Source: Alphaproteobacteria bacterium
GTDB lineage: Bacteria; Pseudomonadota; Alphaproteobacteria; UBA7985
Assembly: GCA_965661545.1 (NCBI GenBank)
Contig: CBFIEF010000001.1
Coordinates: forward strand, 27,250 to 91,249
Length of the DNA: 64,000 bases
Direction: 5' to 3'
Shown: piece by piece, positions 41,621 through 51,837 of the stretch
How the letters are laid out: each line of letters starts with the position of its first letter
Numbering within the stretch: the stretch's first letter is position 1
The notes under the pieces: generated by a model
Databases searched by the model: none
Told to the model about the DNA's origin: nothing
What the model saw: only the letters and a program-made list of their open reading frames with translations
Translations under genes and position numbers: made by a program

Positions 41621-42325
41621 ATGAGCCAGACCGTCGCATTTTTTCCCGGCCTTTTGTGTGACGATGCTCTGTTTACAGCGCAAACAAAGGCCTGCGAGGC
41701 CGCAGGATATGAGACGTATGTTGCGGATTTTGGCGCGGCGCATCACGAATCCTTTGACGCGATGGCGTTGGACGTTTTGGCTGATTTGCCGGACCGATTT
41801 TCGTTGGTTGGCTTGTCCATGGGCGGCTACGCGGCGCTCAAGGTGATTGAGCTGGCGGGGAAGCGGGTTGAGCGATTAGCGTTGCTCGATACCAACGCCC
41901 GAGCTGATGCGCCTGATGTATCAGCTCGGCGTCGCGGCCTGTTGGCGCTGTCGGCTAAGGGGGATTTCAAAGGCGTCACGCCTCGACTGCTGCCGCTCTA
42001 TATCCATGAAAGCCGCCTGCAGGATGTAGCGCTTGCAGACGCGATCACGGCAATGGCGGAGGGGTTGGGACCGGATGTTTTTCGCCGGCAACAAACAGCT
42101 ATTTTGGGGCGCGTCGATCAGCGGGAAACACTTGCCAACTTTCAGGCACCCGTCCTGGTGATCTGTGGGCGTCAGGACCAAGTCACGCCGCTGTTTCTGA
42201 GTGAAGAGATGGCCGATCTTGCGCCAGCGGGGGAGTTACTGGTGATCGAAGAATGCGGCCATTTCTCGACGATGGAGCGCCCTGAGCCAGTGACAGAGGC
42301 GCTGCTTCGTTGGCTGGGAGCCTGA
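41621..42325 (+). CDS. Alpha/beta-fold hydrolase
   Basis: The nucleophile elbow GLSMGG is followed by an HxxxxE-type C-terminus. Confidence 0.7.
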   Translation: MSQTVAFFPGLLCDDALFTAQTKACEAAGYETYVADFGAAHHESFDAMALDVLADLPDRFSLVGLSMGGYAALKVIELAGKRVERLALLDTNARADAPDVSARRRGLLALSAKGDFKGVTPRLLPLYIHESRLQDVALADAITAMAEGLGPDVFRRQQTAILGRVDQRETLANFQAPVLVICGRQDQVTPLFLSEEMADLAPAGELLVIEECGHFSTMERPEPVTEALLRWLGA

Positions 42326-42387
42326 GCGCGCGAGAGATTGGGTTGCGACTAAGCCAGTCTGCCAATCCCCTGCGCTTCTTGGACGGT

Positions 42388-42858
42388 TTAGGACTTGCGG
42401 GCTTCGTGCATGGCCTTCATCGCCGGACGAATTTCGTCGCGGGTCAGCGTGCCGCTTGCGTCGGCGTCAAGCTCGGCAAAGGCTGAGGAAATTTTGGCCT
42501 GCATGTCGTCCAAAGTGACACCAGCGGTCAGACCTTCTTCACCAAGGAAAATACGGACCATGCGATGATCGTGCTTGCCCTTGCGTTTACCTTTGCCTTT
42601 TTCCTTGCCCATGCTGGCTTCGTCACCGTCGGCCTTCTCACCGCGCATACCGCGCTTTGGAGCGGCTTCAAGTTCCGCTGCGCTCAGGATGCCGTCGCTG
42701 TCTGCGTCCAGGTGCGTGAAGATCTTCTCGGCGGCGCCCAGTGCGCGTTCGGCGGTCAAACCGCGGTCGCCCTTTTGGGCGTCGGCCAAAGATACGGTTG
42801 CTGCTGTGCCGGTGACCAGGAGCGTGGCGGTAGCAATCAGAAGAAGTTTGGTTTTCAT
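42388..42858 (-). CDS. Secreted EF-hand calcium-binding protein with a Lys/Gly-rich segment
   Basis: The ATG at 42858 is followed by a signal peptide (MKTKLLLIATATLLVTGTAATVSLA). Two EF-hand loops are present (DADSDGILSAAE and DADASGTLTRDE), plus a KEKGKGKRKGK stretch. Confidence 0.65.
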   Translation of the reverse strand: MKTKLLLIATATLLVTGTAATVSLADAQKGDRGLTAERALGAAEKIFTHLDADSDGILSAAELEAAPKRGMRGEKADGDEASMGKEKGKGKRKGKHDHRMVRIFLGEEGLTAGVTLDDMQAKISSAFAELDADASGTLTRDEIRPAMKAMHEARKS

Positions 42859-42966
42859 TCTAGGTTCTTTCCAAAAAGAGAAAGGCTCTTGAGGGGAGTT
42901 CAGAGCCAGTTGGGGCTTTAGAGGCGACCGCGATTGTCGCCTTCGTGAGTGCTTTACGCACACGCA

Positions 42967-43000
42967 GTCCCCGTCATCCCCGCGCGGGGACACTTTTTTG
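42967..43000 (+). terminator. Canonical intrinsic terminator on the plus strand, between two minus-strand genes
   Basis: GTCCCCG-TCATCCCCGCG-CGGGGAC is followed by ACTTTTTTGG. No T-run follows the hairpin on the minus strand. Confidence 0.55.
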
Positions 43001-43021
43001 GAAAAAAGTTACAAAGCGAGC

Positions 43022-45031
43022 TTAGACGTCAATTTCCTCAACGACGTAAGCGGCGTTTTCTTGAATGAATTCGAAGCGTTTCTCGGCTTTCTTGCCCATT
43101 AGATCTTCCACCAACTCTTTAATGGATTTACCCGCGGCCAACCCTGCGGCGGCATCGGCGAGTGTCACGCGCTCCATCTGCCGGGTGGCCGGGTCCATGG
43201 TGGTTTCGCGGAGTTGCTTGGGCATCATCTCGCCCAGGCCCTTAAACCGGCTGATTTCAACGTTGGCGTTGGGCCGGAATTCCTTCTCCATGATCTGGTC
43301 TTTGTGCCGATCATCGCGCGCGTAGAAGGACTTGCCGCCATGGCTGAGCCGGTAAAGTGGCGGCACTGCAAGGAACAGACGACCCGCTTCAATGATCTGC
43401 GGATAGGTTTTGTAGAAGAACGTCATCAGCAGCGACGCAATGTGCGCACCGTCAACGTCGGCATCGGTCATGATCACCACGCGTTCGTAGCGCAGGTTTT
43501 CGACGTCAGAGGACTTGCCATCAAAGCCAAGGGCTTGTGCGAGGTCTGCCAGCTCCTGATTCCCGCGCAGCTTATCTGCGCTGGCCGATGCCACGTTCAG
43601 GATTTTACCGCGCAGGGGCAAAATAGCCTGTGTTTCGCGTCGGCGGGCTTGCTTGGCCGAGCCGCCAGCGGAATCGCCCTCCACCAGAAACAGTTCTGTG
43701 CCTTCAGGTGAGTTGCGGGAACAGTCCGTGAGCTTACCCGGCAAACGCAGGCGCTTGGTCACAGACTTTCGCGCCGTTTCCTTTTCCGCCTTTTTCCGCA
43801 GACGCTCTTCCATGCGCAAAATAATGCTGTCGAGTAGGGCTTTTGCAGCGGGACCATTGCCGGCAAGCCAGTGCTCAAAGTGCTCCTTGAGCGTTTGATC
43901 CACCAGGCGAGAGGCTTCGGGGCTGCCCAAGCGTTCTTTGGTCTGGCCTTGGAATTGCGGCTCAGGAATGAAGCACGACAGTACAGCTTGCGCGCCCCCG
44001 AGAACATCATCTGCAGTGATCGAGGCTGCTTTCTTATTCCCAGCCATCTCCCCATAGGTTCGCAAAGCGCGGGTCAGGCCGGTGCGCAATCCATTTTCGT
44101 GGGTGCCGCCCTGGGGCGTTGGGATCGTGTTACAGTAGGACGTGAGGCTTGCCTCGCCCGTGCCCTCATCATCAGGCCAAGCCAAGGCCCACTCGACCTT
44201 GCCGCCGGAACCGTTCAGATCGGCCTTGCCCGCAAACAGCGAGTCACCAATCAGTGCTTGCGGCCCCAATTGCTCGCGCAGGAAATCGCCCAGACCGCCG
44301 GGAAAATGGAAAACCGCTTCTGTCGGCGTCTTGTCGCCGTCTTTGATCAGTTCCTCAGCGCAAGACCACCGAATTTCCACACCGCGCTCGAGGTAAGCCT
44401 TGGAGCGCGCCATTTTGAACAGCGTTGCGGGCTTAAACGTATGCTTGTGGTGGAAGATCTCTTCGTCGGGCTTAAACTGGACTGAGGTACCACGCCGATT
44501 GGGGGCGGAGCCGACTTTGGTCAGTTTGGAGACGGCCAAACCCTGCGAAAACGACTGTGTCCACAGCGTCTTGTCGCGCGCGACTTCGACGATCAGGGAT
44601 TCAGACAGCGCGTTGACCACAGAAATACCAACCCCGTGGAGTCCGCCCGACGTCGCGTAGTTCTTACCGCTGAATTTACCGCCAGAGTGCAGCGTCGTGA
44701 GAATAACTTCGAGCGCGGACTTGTCTTTGTACTTGGGGTGCGGATCGACGGGGATGCCGCGTCCGTTGTCCATCACCTTGACCGACCCATCGGCCAGCAT
44801 CTCAACCGAAATGCGTGTGGCGTGACCGGCAACGGCTTCATCCACTGAGTTGTCGAGGATTTCGGCCATCAAGTGATGATAGGCGCGCTCATCCGTGCCA
44901 CCGATGTACATGCCAGGGCGTTTGCGGACAGGTTCTAGACCTTCGAGGACTTCAATGTCCTTGGCGGTGTAGCCTGTCGCTTTTTTGGTCTGTTCATCGG
45001 AAACGGAGAAAAGGTCCGTATCAGCGGCCAT
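43022..45031 (-). CDS. parE: DNA topoisomerase IV subunit B
   Basis: GHKL ATPase plus TOPRIM domains (GLHGVGISVVNALS, EGDSAGG). The 669-aa length fits ParE rather than GyrB. Confidence 0.82.
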   Translation of the reverse strand: MAADTDLFSVSDEQTKKATGYTAKDIEVLEGLEPVRKRPGMYIGGTDERAYHHLMAEILDNSVDEAVAGHATRISVEMLADGSVKVMDNGRGIPVDPHPKYKDKSALEVILTTLHSGGKFSGKNYATSGGLHGVGISVVNALSESLIVEVARDKTLWTQSFSQGLAVSKLTKVGSAPNRRGTSVQFKPDEEIFHHKHTFKPATLFKMARSKAYLERGVEIRWSCAEELIKDGDKTPTEAVFHFPGGLGDFLREQLGPQALIGDSLFAGKADLNGSGGKVEWALAWPDDEGTGEASLTSYCNTIPTPQGGTHENGLRTGLTRALRTYGEMAGNKKAASITADDVLGGAQAVLSCFIPEPQFQGQTKERLGSPEASRLVDQTLKEHFEHWLAGNGPAAKALLDSIILRMEERLRKKAEKETARKSVTKRLRLPGKLTDCSRNSPEGTELFLVEGDSAGGSAKQARRRETQAILPLRGKILNVASASADKLRGNQELADLAQALGFDGKSSDVENLRYERVVIMTDADVDGAHIASLLMTFFYKTYPQIIEAGRLFLAVPPLYRLSHGGKSFYARDDRHKDQIMEKEFRPNANVEISRFKGLGEMMPKQLRETTMDPATRQMERVTLADAAAGLAAGKSIKELVEDLMGKKAEKRFEFIQENAAYVVEEIDV

Positions 45032-45185
45032 AGGAGCACGATCCCTGTTTAAAATTGGGTGTTCAGTATCTGTTCGCCTTTATCCGCTTTATGCGGCTGC
45101 AACGCAAGCGGTCTGAGCGGACTTGTTTGCAAGGATGGCGTTTGTTGCTCGAAAGCCAAAAGAGGCCCCCGAGGATCAAGCGGTC

Positions 45186-45224
45186 ATAAAAAAAAGGGCC
45201 GCTCGAGAGGAGCGACCCTTTTTG
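45186..45224. terminator. Hairpin terminator after glnA, flanked by A-run and T-run (bidirectional)
   Basis: AAAAAAAA-GGGCCGCTC-GAGAGGA-GCGACCC-TTTTT. Confidence 0.65.
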
Positions 45225-45247
45225 AATTCTGACCAATCCGGTGGGGA

Positions 45248-46657
45248 TTAGCAGGAGTAGTACATCTTGAACTCGACCGGGTGTGGTGCGAATTCGAATT
45301 CGATGACTTCTTCCATCTTCAGGTCGATGTAAGCGTCGATCTGGTCTTTGGTGAAGACGCCGCCTTCGAGCAGGAACTCAAAGTCGCCCTTAAGGGAATC
45401 CAGCGCTTCGCGCAGGGAACCACAAACGGTTGGAATGTCCTTCAGTTCTTCTTCAGACAGCTCGTACAAGTCTTCATCGCGCGGTGCGCCTGGATCGATC
45501 TTGTTCTTGATGCCGTCGAGGCCAGCCATCAGCATTGCCGCGAAACACAGGTATGGGTTTGCGGTTGGATCAGGGAAGCGGATTTCCATACGCTTCGCCT
45601 TTGGCGAGGAACCGAATGGAATACGGCAAGACGCGGAACGGTTGCGGGCGGAGTATGCCAGCAGAACCGGTGCTTCAAAGCCTGGGACCAGACGCTTGTA
45701 GGAGTTGGTGGACGGGTTGGTAAACGCGTTCAACGCCTTGGCGTGCTTGAGGATACCACCGATGTACCACAGTGCTTCCTGTGACAGGCCAGCGTACTTG
45801 TCGCCAGCGAACAGAGGCTTGCCGTCTTTCCAGATGGACTGGTGACAGTGCATGCCCGTACCGTTGTCGCCCTGTACAGGCTTTGGCATGAAGGTCGCAG
45901 ACTTGCCATAGGATGCAGCAACGTTGTGCACAACGTACTTGTAGAGCTGCAGCTTGTCAGCAACGCGGGTCAGGTGATCGAAGGTCATGCCCAATTCGTG
46001 CTGTGACGGCGCCACTTCGTGGTGGTGCTTGTCCATGTCCACACCCATTGCGAGCAGGGTGGAGGTCATTTCTGCGCGGATGTCGCCAGACTGATCGACT
46101 GGGTTTACTGGGAAGTAGCCGCCCTTGACGCCCGGACGGTGGCCCATGTTGCCGCCTTCCATCTCGTCGCCAGATGCGTAGGGACCTTCTTCAGAGTAAA
46201 ACTCGAAGAACGACCGGTTCATCTCAACGGAGAAACGAACGTCGTCGAACATGAAGAATTCTGCTTCTGGGCCGAAGAAGACGTCGGTGCCGAGACCGGA
46301 ATCTTTAACCAGCTGCTCAGCTTTCTTTGCGGTACCGCGTGGGTCGCGCTCGTACAATTCACCGGTGATCGGATCCTTGACGTCACAGAAGATGATCAGC
46401 TGTGGCTGTGCAGTGAAGGGATCCATCACAGCAGTTTCCATGTCTGGAACCAGCAGCATGTCGGACTCGTTAATGGCTTTCCAGCCCGCGATGGATGAAC
46501 CATCGAACATAATGCCTTCGTTGAAAGCATCTTCGTCCATAGCGTGAGCACACATCGCCAGATGCTGAAGCTTGCCGCGAGGATCGGTGAAGCGAACGTC
46601 AACGTATTCTACGTCGTTTTCTTCGATCATCTTTTTGATGTCAGCATAAGTGGTCAT
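45248..46657 (-). CDS. glnA: Glutamine synthetase type I
   Basis: Full-length GSI with the adenylylation-region Tyr context (NPYL) and catalytic motifs. Confidence 0.95.
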   Translation of the reverse strand: MTTYADIKKMIEENDVEYVDVRFTDPRGKLQHLAMCAHAMDEDAFNEGIMFDGSSIAGWKAINESDMLLVPDMETAVMDPFTAQPQLIIFCDVKDPITGELYERDPRGTAKKAEQLVKDSGLGTDVFFGPEAEFFMFDDVRFSVEMNRSFFEFYSEEGPYASGDEMEGGNMGHRPGVKGGYFPVNPVDQSGDIRAEMTSTLLAMGVDMDKHHHEVAPSQHELGMTFDHLTRVADKLQLYKYVVHNVAASYGKSATFMPKPVQGDNGTGMHCHQSIWKDGKPLFAGDKYAGLSQEALWYIGGILKHAKALNAFTNPSTNSYKRLVPGFEAPVLLAYSARNRSASCRIPFGSSPKAKRMEIRFPDPTANPYLCFAAMLMAGLDGIKNKIDPGAPRDEDLYELSEEELKDIPTVCGSLREALDSLKGDFEFLLEGGVFTKDQIDAYIDLKMEEVIEFEFAPHPVEFKMYYSC

Positions 46658-46747
46658 GCCAAATCCTTTCGTAACTTACGGTCAATTCTGAAGTGTTCAG
46701 GAATAAAAAGGGTGGGGCCTGAACGACCCCTAGTGACACAGCGTGGG

Positions 46748-47155
<408 letters not shown>

Positions 47156-47417
47156 TTAGCGATGGTTGCGGCTGCGTGCAAAGACTTTGCTGTTAAAAAA
47201 GGCAGATGCGAAAGGCCTTTGAGCCAAACGCATGGATCACCCACATAATGCTGCACAGCATCAGGACAACTGCCCAATAATTAGGCAGTGATGTGTTTTT
47301 GCTGAAAAATCGAATCGTTTGCATTTGACCGTGTTTTCCGCATGGGTGCCAAAGCGCAGGCCGTCACTCGCACATGTTGACCCTTCGAAAGCTTTGACGT
47401 ACTCAGACTTTCTTGAC

Positions 47418-47495
47418 GGCGATTGTAGCTCAGTTGGTTAGAGCACCGGTTTGTGGTACCGGGGGTCGTGGGTTCGAACCCCATCAGTCGCCCCA
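47418..47495 (+). tRNA. tRNA-His (anticodon GTG) with a genomically encoded G-1 and an encoded CCA
   Basis: Manual fold: acceptor GCGATTG/CAGTCGC, D-arm GCTC..GAGC, anticodon stem CCGGT/ACCGG with the loop TTGTGGT, T-arm GTGGG-TTCGAAC-CCCAT, discriminator C, then CCA. An extra G at 47418 pairs with C73. Confidence 0.85.
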
Positions 47496-47568
47496 CTTTT
47501 CCGGGATGCATAGCCCCGTGACAGCGGAAAAATTCCCTCCTTTTGCCCTTACAGCCAAGCGCCGCGAC

Positions 47569-48174
47569 ATGCTGGCGTTTATCACGCGCTACGAGTTGTT
47601 CAAGCTGATCGCTGACAGGCCCGGCGTTATCCTTGAGCTTGGCGTGCAGCATGGTCAGGGGGTCATGTCCTTTGCGCACATTGCTTCGAACCTAGAACCC
47701 AATCACGTGGCGCGCCGCATCTATGGCTTTGATACCTTTGAAGGGTTTCCAGCGGTGGATGATGTGGACCAGGCCTTGGGCGCGAAGAACGTCAAGCCGG
47801 GCAAGCTGCGCGGCGATCTTGACCGCCTGCGTGCGTCGATCAAAGCGCACGACGAAGACCGCTTTCTGGGGCAGGTGCCTCGGGTGGAATTGGTGGTGGG
47901 GGACGTGGAGCAGACCCTACCGGCCTTCATCGAGACCAACCCGCAGCTGATGATCGCGCTGGTCTATGTCGACCTGTGCCTCTATCGGCCCACCAAAGCC
48001 GCGCTCGAAGCCCTATGGCCGCTGATGCCTAAGGGATCGGTGTTGGCCTTCGACCAACTCGCTTTCCCCGAATTTCCCGGTGAGACGCGCGCGGCACTGG
48101 AAGTGATCGGGGCCGACGCGCTTGATCTGCGCCGCTTCAACTTTGAGTCACAGGTGTCGTACTTGGTGCGATAA
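47569..48174 (+). CDS. Class I SAM-dependent O-methyltransferase of the TylF/MycF (macrocin-O-methyltransferase) family. An alternative start at the ATG at 47506 is possible.
   Basis: The motifs GVILELGVQHGQGV...GFDTFEGFP...LVYVDLCLYRPT are typical of TylF-like methyltransferases. The long ORF from 47413 overlaps the tRNA and is rejected. Confidence 0.6.
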   Translation: MLAFITRYELFKLIADRPGVILELGVQHGQGVMSFAHIASNLEPNHVARRIYGFDTFEGFPAVDDVDQALGAKNVKPGKLRGDLDRLRASIKAHDEDRFLGQVPRVELVVGDVEQTLPAFIETNPQLMIALVYVDLCLYRPTKAALEALWPLMPKGSVLAFDQLAFPEFPGETRAALEVIGADALDLRRFNFESQVSYLVR

Positions 48175-48304
48175 AGGGGTGGCGCGCCGTTTTCTCTCCC
48201 GCTTCGCGGGATTCGAAAACGTCACGCGCAAGCAGATCGGCGACTTTGTCGCCGGTCGGCTATCGCCTCCGCTTTTCCCAGCCAAGGACTTGTCTCGCTG
48301 ACGC

Positions 48305-51160
48305 CTAGATCAGCGCTGTGCGCAAATAGCGGCTGGTGTGACCGTCTTCGCTCTCCGCCACTTTCTCAGGCGTGCCCTGGGCCACAATGCGACCACCGCC
48401 AGAGCCGCCTTCGGGCCCAATATCGATGTTCCAATCGGCGGTTTTGATCACTTCGAGATTGTGCTCGATGATGATCACCGTGTTGCCCTGATCGGTCAGC
48501 CTGTGCAGCACTTCCAGCAGCTTTGATACATCATGAAAGTGCAGCCCGGTGGTCGGTTCGTCGAGAATATAGACCGTCTTGCCCGTGGACCGCTTCGACA
48601 GCTCCTTGGACAACTTAACGCGTTGGGCCTCGCCGCCAGACAGCGTCGTTGCCGACTGACCAACACGAACGTAGGTCAGTCCCACCTCGGCCAGCATTTC
48701 CATCTTCCCGCGGATCGACGGTACGGCTTTGAAGAAGTCCACAGCCTCTTCGACGGTCATGTCGAGGACATCCGCAATGGACTTATCCTTGAACCGCACC
48801 TCCAGCGTTTCCCGATTATAACGCTTGCCCTTGCAGACATCGCACTGCACGTAAACATCGGGCAGGAAGTGCATCTCGATTTTGATCATGCCGTCGCCCT
48901 GACAGGCTTCACAGCGCCCGCCCTTGACGTTGAACGAGAACCGGCCCGGCTTGTAGCCTCGCGCCTGTGCCTCCGGCAGTCCAGCAAACCAATCGCGGAT
49001 CGGGCCAAAAGCACCGGTGTAGGTCGCAGGGTTAGAGCGCGGCGTCCGGCCAATGGGAGACTGGTCGATCACGATGATCTTATCGACCTGCTCCATGCCT
49101 TCGATTGTCGTGTGCGCGCCGGGAGTATCGCGGGAGCCGTGAAGATGGCGCGCCAAAGCCTTGTGCAGAGTTTCCAACGTCAGCGTGGACTTGCCCGAAC
49201 CAGACACTCCCGTGACACAAGTCATGATGCCCATGGGAAAATCGACGGAAACGTTATCAAGGTTGTTGGCCGTCGCGCCCTCAATCCGGATGGTCTTACC
49301 GGTTTTCTTGCGGCGCTGTGTCGGAACTTCGATCCGTCGCTTGCCGGAGAGGTACTGGCCGGTAACGGACTCTTTGGACTTCTGCACCTGCGCTGGCGTG
49401 CCCTCGGCGACGACCGTACCGCCGTGCACCCCGGCACCCGGGCCCATATCGACCAGATAATCCGCCGCACGGATGGCGTCTTCGTCATGCTCGACCACCA
49501 ACACCGTGTTCCCCAAATCGCGCAGCCGCGTCAGGGTTTCCAGCAAGCGATCGTTGTCGCGCTGGTGCAGGCCGATAGACGGCTCGTCCAGAACGTAGAG
49601 AACGCCGGTCAGACCGGAACCGATCTGGGAGGCCAAGCGGATCCGCTGGCTCTCACCACCCGACAGCGTCGCCGACCCGCGCGATAGGGTCAGATAGGAT
49701 AGGCCGACGTTGTTCAGAAAGCCCAGCCGCTCCTGAATTTCTTTCAAAATCCGCTCAGCAATGGCGCTTTGCTTGATCGACAGACGCTCGGGCAGGGCTT
49801 GGAACCACGCATTCGCCTCGCCAATCGACATCTCACTGACACGGCCAATGTGCAGGTCATCGATCTTGACCACGAGCGCTTCTTCTTTGAGGCGATAGCC
49901 GTCACAGGACTTACACGGGCGGCGGTTCTGGTACTTACCCAGCTCCTCCCGCACCCAATCGCTGTCGGTCTCACGGTACCGTCGATCCATGTTGTTGATC
50001 AGGCCCTCGAACGGACGAGTGGTGCGGTAGGCGCGCGTGCCGTCGTCGTAGATCATGGTAATGGCGTCCTTGCCGGAGCCATAGAGGACGGTGTCGCGGT
50101 TCTTGGGTTTGAGTTCGTCGAAAGGCGTATCGAGATCAAAGCCGTAATGCGCGCTGATCGCGTCGAGCGTCTGCATGTAGTACTTTGATGAGGAATTCGC
50201 CCACGGTGCCAGCGCGCCTTCGCGCAGGCTCAATCCTTTGACCGGAACGACCAGATCTGGATCGAAGAACAGCTGATGCCCCAAGCCGTCACAGGATGGG
50301 CAGGCGCCAAAAGGGTTGTTGAACGAAAACAGCCGTGGCTCGATCTCATCGATGGTAAAGCCACTGACCGGACAGGCAAACTTGGCCGAGAACGTCGTCC
50401 GCTCTTCGGTTTTTGCGTCTTCGACGATCACCAAACCGTCGGCCAGTTCCAGCGCGGTTTCAAAGCTATCGGCCAGCCGTTGCTCCATGCCTTCTTTCAG
50501 CACGACCCGGTCCACCACGACTTCGATGGTGTGCTTGTACTTCTTGTCCAGCGCTGGGGCTTCTTCGATGAGGTACATGACGTCATCGATTTTCACGCGC
50601 TGGAACCCGCGCTTTTGAAGCTCGGCAAGCTCCTTGCGGTACTCGCCCTTGCGGCCTCGAACGATGGGGGCGAGCAGGTAAAGCCGAGCGCCCTCACCCA
50701 TGGCAATTGTGAGATCAACCATCTGAGAAACCGTCTGGCTCTCAATCGGCAGGCCCGTAGCGGGCGAATAAGGGATGCCCACGCGAGCAAACAGCAGGCG
50801 GAGATAGTCGTAGATTTCTGTCACCGTGCCGACGGTCGAGCGAGGGTTCTTGGACGTGGTTTTCTGCTCTATCGAAATGGCAGGAGACAGCCCTTCGATG
50901 CTATCCACGTCCGGCTTTTCCATCAGCTCCAAGAACTGTCGCGCATAGGCCGACAGGCTCTCGACATAGCGGCGTTGGCCCTCGGCATAAATGGTGTCAA
51001 ACGCCAGAGATGACTTGCCCGACCCGGAAAGCCCGGTAATCACGACCAGTTGGTTGCGTGGGAGATCGATATTGACGCCACGCAAATTGTGTTCCCGCGC
51101 CCCGCGAACAGAGATGTAGGGACTTTCGTGCGCGGCGAAGCCAGTTTTCTTTGAAGCCAT
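48305..51160 (-). CDS. uvrA: Excinuclease ABC subunit A
   Basis: Two ABC modules (GLSGSGKSS / GVSGSGKST) and zinc-finger Cys clusters. Confidence 0.95.
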   Translation of the reverse strand: MASKKTGFAAHESPYISVRGAREHNLRGVNIDLPRNQLVVITGLSGSGKSSLAFDTIYAEGQRRYVESLSAYARQFLELMEKPDVDSIEGLSPAISIEQKTTSKNPRSTVGTVTEIYDYLRLLFARVGIPYSPATGLPIESQTVSQMVDLTIAMGEGARLYLLAPIVRGRKGEYRKELAELQKRGFQRVKIDDVMYLIEEAPALDKKYKHTIEVVVDRVVLKEGMEQRLADSFETALELADGLVIVEDAKTEERTTFSAKFACPVSGFTIDEIEPRLFSFNNPFGACPSCDGLGHQLFFDPDLVVPVKGLSLREGALAPWANSSSKYYMQTLDAISAHYGFDLDTPFDELKPKNRDTVLYGSGKDAITMIYDDGTRAYRTTRPFEGLINNMDRRYRETDSDWVREELGKYQNRRPCKSCDGYRLKEEALVVKIDDLHIGRVSEMSIGEANAWFQALPERLSIKQSAIAERILKEIQERLGFLNNVGLSYLTLSRGSATLSGGESQRIRLASQIGSGLTGVLYVLDEPSIGLHQRDNDRLLETLTRLRDLGNTVLVVEHDEDAIRAADYLVDMGPGAGVHGGTVVAEGTPAQVQKSKESVTGQYLSGKRRIEVPTQRRKKTGKTIRIEGATANNLDNVSVDFPMGIMTCVTGVSGSGKSTLTLETLHKALARHLHGSRDTPGAHTTIEGMEQVDKIIVIDQSPIGRTPRSNPATYTGAFGPIRDWFAGLPEAQARGYKPGRFSFNVKGGRCEACQGDGMIKIEMHFLPDVYVQCDVCKGKRYNRETLEVRFKDKSIADVLDMTVEEAVDFFKAVPSIRGKMEMLAEVGLTYVRVGQSATTLSGGEAQRVKLSKELSKRSTGKTVYILDEPTTGLHFHDVSKLLEVLHRLTDQGNTVIIIEHNLEVIKTADWNIDIGPEGGSGGGRIVAQGTPEKVAESEDGHTSRYLRTALI

Positions 51161-51337
51161 GTCGGGAGGTCAGTTCCAGAATTCGTCGAATTGACCCGAG
51201 AGAATAGGCCGATTCTGGCCACATGCCAGAGGTCGCGACACCATTTCTGGGGTTAACCCGAAGAACTGGAAACGGGCACGCTCAACCGTGCCACGAATGC
51301 CACTAGGCGCCGGCGCCTGTGGGACGGTATCTGACGG

Positions 51338-51832
51338 TTAAACCGGGTACCGAATCTTCAGCGCCTTCATCACCATTTCTGGCACGAAGTCGGAAACATC
51401 GCCGCCCAATCCGGCAATTTCCTTGACCAGTGAAGAGGCAATGAACTGCTGGCTTTCGGACGCCGTGAGAAACACGGTTTCGACCTTGGGGTTCAGATGC
51501 TTGTTCATGGTGGCGAGCTGAAACTCGTATTCAAAATCCGAAACAGCCCGCAGGCCCCGAATAACGAGGTTTGCCCCAACTTCATCGGCAAAATGCATCA
51601 GCAAGGAGCCGAAGGACCGCACCTCGACTGTGCAGGAGCCGAAGTCATTGGCCTCGACCAAATCCCGCAGCAATTGCACGCGTTCAGGCGGCGTAAAGGC
51701 GGGGTTCTTGCCCGGACTGTTGGCAACGGCAATGATCAAGTGATCGACCACGTGGGTCGCGCGTTGCATAATATCCAAATGACCGTTCGTAACGGGGTCA
51801 AATGTGCCCGGGTAGAGTCCAACTCGCCTCAT
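51338..51832 (-). CDS. coaD: Phosphopantetheine adenylyltransferase
   Basis: GTFDPVTNGHLDI (the T/HxGH motif) in a 164-aa protein. Confidence 0.9.
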   Translation of the reverse strand: MRRVGLYPGTFDPVTNGHLDIMQRATHVVDHLIIAVANSPGKNPAFTPPERVQLLRDLVEANDFGSCTVEVRSFGSLLMHFADEVGANLVIRGLRAVSDFEYEFQLATMNKHLNPKVETVFLTASESQQFIASSLVKEIAGLGGDVSDFVPEMVMKALKIRYPV

Positions 51833-51837
51833 GGAGC

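Noticed and set aside
47413-47568. N-terminal extension of the methyltransferase ORF, starting at 47413.
   Set aside because: It runs through the tRNA-His gene. The real start must lie downstream, at 47506 or 47569.
51161-51337. An alphaproteobacterial LexA box (GTTC-N7-GTTC) upstream of uvrA.
   Set aside because: Only a near-match (GTTC-N7-CGTC) and a GAATT-N4-GAATT direct repeat were seen. The evidence is too weak.
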